Shown here one piece after another: positions 37,612-44,282 of a stretch of DNA of 44,282 nucleotides. The notes below the pieces were generated by a model. It was not told the DNA's origin and did not search any database. It saw nothing but the letters and a program-made list of their open reading frames with translations. A program made the position numbers and the translations under genes. This DNA is from Ruminococcus sp. (lineage in GTDB: Bacteria > Bacillota > Clostridia > Oscillospirales > Ruminococcaceae). Position 1 is the first letter of the stretch; every line of letters begins with the position of its first letter. Location of the stretch: NCBI GenBank assembly GCA_024697705.1, contig JAILFF010000030.1, forward strand, positions 1-44,282, given 5' to 3'.

Positions 37612-40074
37612 ATGAAGGAGAATACTAAATCGATCCTGCGCAGAACCGCTGCGGCTGTCCTCGCACTGTCGATAGTTACGGGGGCTCCGGCACAGGTTTT
37701 TCACGGTCTGATTTCCGATACGGCTATTACGGCAAACGCAGCCGGTGAAGTAGCGGTAAGCAGTTTTGAACAGCTTCAGGAAAACGTTAAAAAAGATTCC
37801 GTAATTATCAAGCTTACTGATAATATGATCCCGACCAGGAATAAGAACTTCAAAGTCACAGGCAGTGACGTTACTCTTAACCTTAACGGCTATAAGGTCA
37901 CGGGTAATTCCCAGACTACAAGCTACCCCGTATTTCAGGTAGAAGCAGGAGCCAAACTCACCATCACCGACTATTCGTCCCAGAAACTCGGCGTTATCAC
38001 GGGCGGAATGGCTCTCGGCGCTATTTATGTTAAGCCGGGCGGTACTCTTGTGCTTGAGGCAGGCACCATCAGCGGCAACGTTTCAAAGAAAACAAATTAC
38101 GGCGGTGCTGTTACTTTGGGCACCCCGAATAATTTCACCGGTGAAGCGAAATTTATCATGACGGGCGGTGTCATCGAGAACAATACCGCTTACGGCGAAA
38201 CCTCGGTCAGCTTCGGCGGCGCCGTTCTCTGCAACGATAACAGCGTGTTTGAGATGAGCGGCGGTACGATCAGGAACAACGAGGCTTCTCAGAAAAATGT
38301 CAGAAACAGTAACGGCGGAGCTGTTGCGCTGAGATCGAACTCGATCTTCAAGATGAGCGGGAAAGCAGTTATCTCGGGGAACACGGCTAAGAGAGGAAGC
38401 GCCGTAGGTCTGTCCGCACAGACTGCCACATTCGAGATGACAGGCGGTACCATAAAGGAAAATATATGCAGTGTTCCGACAGCAGGCAACAACGACAGTA
38501 ATATAGGTGCGGTCTCCGTTGAGGCAGGCGTATGTACGATCAGCGGCGGAAGCATTATTGATAATGTCAGCAAGGTTCCTTCGGATCTGCGCGGCGCAGG
38601 CATTTCGTTCGGCTCGGAACTCAATATTTCGGGCGACATCAACATCACAGGAAACTATATGCTTATCGGCAACAGTACCGAAAAGAAGTATTCAAATATC
38701 CGCGTCGGCGACGGTCAGGTCATCAATATCGCAGGACAGCTCGCCGATACCGCAAAGGTCGGCGTCAGCGTTTTCGGCGATCAGATAATCACCAAAGGCT
38801 GGGGCTGCATGGGCGGAAAATCTCCTAAGAGCTATTTCACGGTTGACGATCTGCTTAACGATACTTATTATGCGACTCTTGCCGCCTCGGGCGAGGTCAG
38901 GATCACAAAGGAGTCGGGCGACGTTGAACAGAAGGAAATGAAGTTCACCGTAAACGAGAACGGCAGCGCTTACAGCAACAGCAAGGTCACGGTAAAGACG
39001 ACGGTAGACGGCAGCGTGCTTTCCTCGAATGTCGGCGCGAAGGTTATCGTTGGCAAGACCGTTACTCTTGATGTTCAGCCCAAGGACGGCGTTAAGGTAG
39101 AAAGCGTTACCTACAAGTACGGCAATAACGAAAAGACCCTCACCAAGAACATCAACGGAGTATATACGTTCATTATGCCCAACTCCGACGTAACGGTTAA
39201 CGTTAACACCTCCGAGGATTCCGTTACATTGAAGGGACGCAACATAAGCCTTGAGGGCGATATTTCGCTCAATTACACTTTGTCCGTTCCCGCAAGCGCC
39301 AAGAGCACCGCAGAAATGCAGTTCACTGCGGACTTCGGCAACGGCAAGGAGACCATAAAGGTAAAGGGTACGGCTAATTCCGATGGAACGATGGTCTACA
39401 AGTGCCCGATAACCGCCAAGAATATGACCACCGAAGTATCTGCCAAGCTTGTAAACGGCACCAAGACTCTCTGGCCTTCGGGCGATTCCGATGTTTATTC
39501 GGTAAGAGGCTACGCCAAGGATTATTTCGATAATATCGATCTTATCGACAGCGGCAGAAAGTATGAGAAGCTCATAAAGTCTATGCTGAACTACGGCGCT
39601 TACTCGCAGCTGTATTTCAACTACAAGACCGACGATCTTGCCAACAGTATCCTTTCGGCTAAGGATAAGGACGTTACCGATCTGAAGACTTACGGCAGCA
39701 AGTTCAAGACCTCTACCCTGCCCTCGGGCGTTCTGACGGGATCGAATCTCACGCTTTCCGACAAGATCGCTGTATCTATTATCTTCAAGGACGCCGATAA
39801 GGTGGAATTTGTTGACTCCGACAAGTCCGTAACGGTAACTTACGGTAATACGAGCTACGGTCCGAAGCTCATGATCTCGGATATTCTTGCACTCAATGTC
39901 AGCAAGAATTACAAGATCAAGGTGACCAAGGACTCCACGACCAAGACCATCGAGTACGGTCCCTCGTTCTATTGCCATAACGTTATAGATCTGAACAAGG
40001 GCAAGGACGAGCAGCTCAGGCTGCTGATCCAGGCGCTCTGCAAGTTCAGCAACGCAGCCGAAGCTATATCTTAA
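37612..40074 (+). CDS. Secreted/surface protein: beta-helix repeats + InlB-B-repeat-like domain + C-terminal domain of unknown function
   Basis: Signal peptide ending ITANA; repeats of FxMxGGxIxxN..GGAV; YTFIMPNSDVTV; C-terminal LIKSMLNYGAYSQLYF; no LPxTG, dockerin or C-terminal TM. Confidence 0.8.
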   Translation: MKENTKSILRRTAAAVLALSIVTGAPAQVFHGLISDTAITANAAGEVAVSSFEQLQENVKKDSVIIKLTDNMIPTRNKNFKVTGSDVTLNLNGYKVTGNSQTTSYPVFQVEAGAKLTITDYSSQKLGVITGGMALGAIYVKPGGTLVLEAGTISGNVSKKTNYGGAVTLGTPNNFTGEAKFIMTGGVIENNTAYGETSVSFGGAVLCNDNSVFEMSGGTIRNNEASQKNVRNSNGGAVALRSNSIFKMSGKAVISGNTAKRGSAVGLSAQTATFEMTGGTIKENICSVPTAGNNDSNIGAVSVEAGVCTISGGSIIDNVSKVPSDLRGAGISFGSELNISGDINITGNYMLIGNSTEKKYSNIRVGDGQVINIAGQLADTAKVGVSVFGDQIITKGWGCMGGKSPKSYFTVDDLLNDTYYATLAASGEVRITKESGDVEQKEMKFTVNENGSAYSNSKVTVKTTVDGSVLSSNVGAKVIVGKTVTLDVQPKDGVKVESVTYKYGNNEKTLTKNINGVYTFIMPNSDVTVNVNTSEDSVTLKGRNISLEGDISLNYTLSVPASAKSTAEMQFTADFGNGKETIKVKGTANSDGTMVYKCPITAKNMTTEVSAKLVNGTKTLWPSGDSDVYSVRGYAKDYFDNIDLIDSGRKYEKLIKSMLNYGAYSQLYFNYKTDDLANSILSAKDKDVTDLKTYGSKFKTSTLPSGVLTGSNLTLSDKIAVSIIFKDADKVEFVDSDKSVTVTYGNTSYGPKLMISDILALNVSKNYKIKVTKDSTTKTIEYGPSFYCHNVIDLNKGKDEQLRLLIQALCKFSNAAEAIS

Positions 40075-40113
40075 TATTTTAATATAAAATATATAGTAAT
40101 GGAGGACGATTGT

Positions 40114-40230
40114 ATGAAAACTGAGTATACACCCGTATCGGTTGAGCTTGTTGCGCTTACCGCAGGTGACGTAATAACCGATTCTACTCCCTATATCTGG
40201 GACGACTCTGATACCGGTGAAAATTCCTGA
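40114..40230 (+). CDS. 38-aa putative RiPP-like precursor peptide (not in ORF track)
   Basis: GGAGG RBS 8 nt upstream; MKTEYTPVSVELVALTAGDVITDSTPYIWDDSDTGENS; followed by a terminator. Confidence 0.75.
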   Translation: MKTEYTPVSVELVALTAGDVITDSTPYIWDDSDTGENS

Positions 40231-40257
40231 TCTGTACGGGTAAATAACGATCGAATG

Positions 40258-40296
40258 AAAAGCGGCAGGCGGCTTAGGCTTCCCGCCGCTTTTTTT
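40258..40296 (+). terminator. Terminator between peptide gene and ABC transporter
   Basis: AAAAGCGGC..GCCGCTTTTTTT. Confidence 0.7.
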
Positions 40297-40316
40297 GCAG
40301 AAAGGAGACGAGTGCG

Positions 40317-42038
40317 ATAAAAGATAGCGCAGTAAAATGGCTGTGGCGCGTTCTTGGCAGAAAAAAGCTGTTGATCCTGCTTCTGATCGTGATACAAGCG
40401 CTGAGCGGCGGAACAGGCGTACTTTACGCGCTGCTGCTGAGAAAAGTGGTTGACAGCGCGGTAAGCGGTGACCGCGAGGGCTTCATGATAAGCGCTGCCT
40501 CGCTGGCAGGTCTGATGCTCGGGCAGCAGCTTTTGAATATGTTCACACGTTATTTCAACGAACTGACGCGCTCCACGCTCGAAAACACATTCAAGGAACG
40601 CCTGTTCGGGAACTTGCTCGAAAAGGATTTTTCACGGATCAGCGCGATGCATTCGGGCGAATGGCTCAATCGTCTGACGAACGACACCGTTGTTGCGGCA
40701 AACGGCTGCGTGGAGATAGTCCCCGGGCTGTCGGGAATGACCGTTCGGCTGATTAGCGCGGTAGTAATGCTCTCGGTGCTGGAGCCGCGCTTCGCCTGTG
40801 TGATCGTTCCGGGCGGGATTGCGATAGTGCTGCTGGCGTCGGCGTTCCGCAAGGCGATGAAACGCCTGCACAAGAAAGTCCAGGAAAGCGACGGCAGCCT
40901 GCGAGTGTTCCTTCAGGAGCGCATAGGCAGCATGATGATGATACGCTCCTTTGCCGCCGCCGACACCGCCGCTCATCAGGCGCAGGAGAAAATGAACGCG
41001 CACAAGTCGGCGAGAATGAGAAAGGTCAGGTTCTCGAATATCTGCAATGTGGGGCTCGGTACCGCGATGAGCGGAATGTACGTGGCGGGCGTGTGCTACT
41101 GCGCCTACGGGATACTCACGGGCACAATGAGCTACGGCACGCTTACGGCGGTCACGCAGCTGATCTCGCAGGTGCAGTCGCCTTTCGCGAATATAACGGG
41201 CTATCTGCCGAGATTCTACGCGATGACGGCAAGCGCCGAGCGTCTTATGGAGATCGAGAGCTTCGGCAGCGAAAGCGAAGACCCGCCGCTGCCGCTTGAA
41301 GAGGTGATATCGGCGTACCGCGGCAGGATAAAGGGCTTTGGTCTGAAAAACGCCGACTTCACCTACTATCCGTTCACCGAAAGAGCCGATGATCTTACAA
41401 AAGAAGATCAGCCCGTTGTGCTGAACAATATCTCGCTTGAGATAAACAAGGGCGAATATGTGGCGTTCACGGGGCAGAGCGGCTGCGGAAAATCCACGGT
41501 GTTAAAGCTCATGATGTGCATTTATCGGCTCGACGGCGGAGAGAGATTTCTGCGGCTGACCGACAATACCGCGGAGCTTTCGGCGGAATGGCACAGGCTT
41601 TTCGCCTACGTTCCGCAGGGCAATCAGCTGATGACGGGCACGATACGCGACATAGTAACGTTTGCCGACAAAAATGCCGCCGATGACGACGAAAGGATAA
41701 ACGAAGCGTTAAGGATAGCCTGCGCGGAGGAATTTGTCGGCGGGCTTGAAAACGGCGTTGACACGCTGCTCGGCGAGCGCGGAACGGGTTTGTCCGAGGG
41801 GCAGATGCAGCGAATAGCGATAGCAAGGGCGATATTTTCGGGAAGTCCCGTGCTGCTGCTTGACGAATCGACGAGCGCTCTCGACGAGGATACCGAGAGA
41901 AGGCTACTGGGGAATCTGCGGAGCATGACGGACAAAACAGTCGTGATAGTAACGCACCGTCCCGCGGCGCTTTCGATATGCGACAGGGTATTGAGATTCA
42001 CGGAGCAGGGCATAACAGAGATAAAAGATAAGAGATAA
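40317..42038 (+). CDS. ABC exporter, fused permease/ATPase
   Basis: Six-TM domain (HSGEWLNRLTND); GQSGCGKS, LSEGQMQR, LLDE and VTH motifs; frame is open from an ATA at 40317 next to the AAGGAG RBS (first standard start TTG 40371). Confidence 0.9.
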   Translation: MKDSAVKWLWRVLGRKKLLILLLIVIQALSGGTGVLYALLLRKVVDSAVSGDREGFMISAASLAGLMLGQQLLNMFTRYFNELTRSTLENTFKERLFGNLLEKDFSRISAMHSGEWLNRLTNDTVVAANGCVEIVPGLSGMTVRLISAVVMLSVLEPRFACVIVPGGIAIVLLASAFRKAMKRLHKKVQESDGSLRVFLQERIGSMMMIRSFAAADTAAHQAQEKMNAHKSARMRKVRFSNICNVGLGTAMSGMYVAGVCYCAYGILTGTMSYGTLTAVTQLISQVQSPFANITGYLPRFYAMTASAERLMEIESFGSESEDPPLPLEEVISAYRGRIKGFGLKNADFTYYPFTERADDLTKEDQPVVLNNISLEINKGEYVAFTGQSGCGKSTVLKLMMCIYRLDGGERFLRLTDNTAELSAEWHRLFAYVPQGNQLMTGTIRDIVTFADKNAADDDERINEALRIACAEEFVGGLENGVDTLLGERGTGLSEGQMQRIAIARAIFSGSPVLLLDESTSALDEDTERRLLGNLRSMTDKTVVIVTHRPAALSICDRVLRFTEQGITEIKDKR

Positions 42039-42266
42039 AAGATAAAAGATATTTCACAAGTGAAGGCAAACCAAAAGTCTTGGGAAGGGGTTGGCACGAA
42101 CGAGTTTGTGCAGGTTTCCCCCGGAAAAACTGCATTTCATGATGAAAACAAGGAAATGCCGATTTTCGTCCAATGAAAGCGCGAGGTCGGGGATTTACAC
42201 ACAGGCGGGAAAAAACAGTTTCGCAACGCCTTTTAGGGGCGCACTGCACGAGCCCCCGCCCTACAA
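42020..42266. repeat. Composite repeat cluster (GATAAAA heptamers, AAAAGTCTT.GGAAGGGG unit, palindrome, REP)
   Basis: Shares AAAAGATAAGAGATAAAAGATAAAAGATAT with 30538-30567; other parts match 7499-7560 and 30781-30801. Confidence 0.7.
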
Positions 42267-42405
42267 CATCACCGATAAACGAAGCAAAGCCTATTTTGTG
42301 AAAATTTCAAAATACCTATTGAAAAATCATGAAAAATAAGTTATAATAAATACGTACCGCCTTGCGCGGGAAAACAGTCAATAATTTATTGGAGGTATAA
42401 ATATC

Positions 42406-43422
42406 ATGGGAATGTTTGACAAGCTTATCGCTAACTTAAAGGCGAGCAAGAAGACCATCGTTTTCACCGAGGGCACCGATGCGCGTATCCTTTCCGCAGC
42501 CGACAGACTGCTTAAAGAGGATCTTATGGGCGTTGTTCTCTGCGGTAAGGAGGACGAGGTAAAGGCTGCGGCTGCCGCAGGTAACTTCGATATCGCTAAG
42601 GCTGCTATCGTTGACCCCGAGACCTACCCCGAGTTCGATTCTCTCGTGGCTCAGATGGTTGAGCTTCGCAAGGGCAAGATGTCCGAGGACGAGTGCCGCG
42701 CTGCTCTTAAGAAGAGCAACTACTTCGGCACTATGCTCGTTAAGGCGGGTAAGGCTGACGCTCTGCTGGGCGGCGCTACTTACTCCACCGCAGACACCGT
42801 TCGTCCCGCTCTCCAGATCATCAAGACCAAGAAGGGCTCGAATCTCGTTAGCTCCTCGTTCATTCTGTTCCGCGAGAAGGACGGCGTAGAAGAAAAGATC
42901 GCTATGGGCGACTGCGCTATCAACCTCGGCTACACCGACAGACTCGACAAGGACGGCAACGTTGTTCTTTCGGCTGCCCGTCAGCTTGCAGAGGTAGCTG
43001 TTGAGACTGCCCGCACCGCTGATTTCTTCGGCATCGACCCGAAGGTAGCCGTACTTTCGTTCTCGACCTACGGCTCGGGCAAGGGCGGCACTGTTCAGCT
43101 CAGCCACGACGCAGTTATCGAGGCTCGTCAGCTTGCTCCCGATCTCGTGATCGACGGCGAATTTCAGTTCGATGCGGCTGTATCTGCCGAAGTCGCCAAG
43201 ACCAAGTGCCCCGACAGCAAGGTAGCGGGTCAGGCGAACACCTTTATCTTCCCGCTTATCGAAGCAGGCAACATCGGCTACAAGATCGCTCAGAGACTCG
43301 GCGGCTACGAGGCTTACGGTCCGATCCTCCAGGGTCTTAACGCGCCTATCAACGACCTCTCCCGCGGCTGCAACGCCGACGAGGTCTACAAGATGGCGAT
43401 AATCACCGCAGGCATGGCTTAA
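42406..43422 (+). CDS. pta: Phosphate acetyltransferase
   Basis: VFTEG.D.R, TADTVRPALQII, DCAIN, LSFST.GS, DGEFQFDAA, GNIGYK and GPILQG..PINDLSRG; promoter TTGAAA-17-TATAAT at 42319-42347. Confidence 0.95.
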   Translation: MGMFDKLIANLKASKKTIVFTEGTDARILSAADRLLKEDLMGVVLCGKEDEVKAAAAAGNFDIAKAAIVDPETYPEFDSLVAQMVELRKGKMSEDECRAALKKSNYFGTMLVKAGKADALLGGATYSTADTVRPALQIIKTKKGSNLVSSSFILFREKDGVEEKIAMGDCAINLGYTDRLDKDGNVVLSAARQLAEVAVETARTADFFGIDPKVAVLSFSTYGSGKGGTVQLSHDAVIEARQLAPDLVIDGEFQFDAAVSAEVAKTKCPDSKVAGQANTFIFPLIEAGNIGYKIAQRLGGYEAYGPILQGLNAPINDLSRGCNADEVYKMAIITAGMA

Positions 43423-43426
43423 AAAA

Positions 43427-43560
43427 GTGAACAGTTAAAAGTGAACAGTGAATAGTTGGCACGAACAAGTTCGTGCAAGAGTCCGCTTCGCGGACGGATT
43501 TATAAATATGTAGCTGCGCCGCAGGTGCTCCCTAACTGTTCATTATTAACTGTTCACTGC
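43427..43560. repeat. Inverted heptamer-repeat element (GTGAACA..TGTTCAC) with internal palindromes
   Basis: AGTGAACAGTTAA..GTGAACAGTGAATAGTT versus AACTGTTCATTATTAACTGTTCACT. Confidence 0.6.
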
Positions 43561-43565
43561 TAACT

Positions 43566-43627
43566 AAAAACAGACCCGACAGCCGATCGCACGAATTTAG
43601 TTCGTGCCGCTGCCGGGTCTGTTTTTC
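43566..43627. terminator. Bidirectional terminator with a palindrome in its loop
   Basis: AAAAACAGACCCG.CAGC / GCTG.CGGGTCTGTTTTT between convergent genes. Confidence 0.7.
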
Positions 43628-43677
43628 TATTTTTTGGAGGAAGGTAATTTCTCTTGTTCGCTTTGTTGTCTGATATT

Positions 43678-43860
43678 CTATCGGTCGTAGAAGTATTCTC
43701 CCGCAAAGGATTCGTATTCGGCTTCAAAATCGCCCGCGGGCTCGTCGATCATGGCGCTGATAAAGGCGTCGATGTCGGTGCAGCTTGCCGCAATGCGCTT
43801 GTCCTTGCCGAGGTGTCTGAGGTTCCTAAAGAATTCCGCGAATCTGTTTATTTTTTTCAT
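43678..43860 (-). CDS. 60-aa hypothetical protein, tandem copy 2
   Basis: AAGGAG RBS; paralog of 43952-44134. Confidence 0.7.
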   Translation of the reverse strand: MKKINRFAEFFRNLRHLGKDKRIAASCTDIDAFISAMIDEPAGDFEAEYESFAGEYFYDR

Positions 43861-43951
43861 TTTGATCGTCTCCTTTTTTTGTTCCGCACTGAGTGCTTAT
43901 GTTTATTTTGTCTCTGTTATTGTATCTTTATTCGTTTTGCTGTCGGTGTGG

Positions 43952-44134
43952 TTATCGGTCGTAGAAGTATTCGCCCGCAAAGGTTTCGTATTCGGCTTCA
44001 AAATCGCCTGCGGGCTCGTCGATCATGGCGCTGATAAAGGCGTCGATGTTGGTGCAGCTCGCCGCTATGTGCTTGTCCTTGCCGAGGTGTCTGAGGTTCC
44101 TAAAGAATTCCGCGACTCTGTTTATTTTTTTCAT
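43952..44134 (-). CDS. 60-aa hypothetical protein, tandem copy 1
   Basis: AAGGAG RBS; 56/60 aa identical to copy 2, with several synonymous differences. Confidence 0.7.
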   Translation of the reverse strand: MKKINRVAEFFRNLRHLGKDKHIAASCTNIDAFISAMIDEPAGDFEAEYETFAGEYFYDR

Positions 44135-44282
44135 TTTGATTGTCTCCTTTTTTTGTTCCGTTTCTGTTTGTTCTGTATAATGTATTATTGGGGGTTTCTA
44201 TAATATTAGACAGTTTTCAAGTCGAAAAAGTTTACATTATTCTATTAATCTTTTGTAAATGTTATATGAACTGAAACAATGC

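Noticed and set aside
36700-42038. Complete lasso peptide cluster
   Set aside because: No asparagine-synthetase-like cyclase, transglutaminase-like peptidase or RRE gene in the window.
43654-44203. Plus-strand ORFs 43654-44034 and 43751-44203
   Set aside because: Antisense to the duplicated minus-strand ORFs, which have RBSs and a synonymous-change pattern in their own frame.
1-44282. Prophage, integrase, transposase, tRNA or rRNA genes
   Set aside because: No recognisable motifs or structures seen; small divergent elements could have been missed by eye.

Overview
Chromosomal window from a Gram-positive anaerobe. Gene content, TTGACA-17-TATAAT promoters, GGAGG RBSs, SCIFF/ScfB and a 'KSILRRTAAAVLAL' signal peptide suggest a Ruminococcus-like Oscillospiraceae member (inference). 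Left part: esterase/GH43, thiW-thiM under a probable HMP-PP (thiS-motif) riboswitch, and a GH36 alpha-galactosidase. Middle part: a signalling-rich block with a DivIVA-like protein plus sensory [FeFe]-hydrogenase-like protein, a solo Panacea/DUF4065 gene, an orphan sugar-binding protein plus degenerate GGDEF protein, and, divergently, a gene run of cytoplasmic LRR protein, Ser/Thr kinase, TerY-like vWA, PP2C, diguanylate cyclase and a deaminase with 15 PQQG repeats. Right part: a type IIA topoisomerase pair lacking a GyrA-box, the ranthipeptide locus (TIGR04086-scfA-scfB-trmL), a cluster of HprK-like kinase, beta-helix surface protein, an unannotated 38-aa RiPP-like peptide and an ABC exporter, then pta and a tandemly duplicated 60-aa ORF. 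Intergenic DNA carries nested REP/MITE-like repeats, including an 18-20 bp palindrome family with compensatory changes. Best candidates for undescribed systems: the kinase/peptide/surface-protein/ABC cluster (36700-42038) and the extended TerY-phosphorylation/c-di-GMP/deaminase cluster (17115-23759). All calls come from reading motifs by eye; no database search was run.
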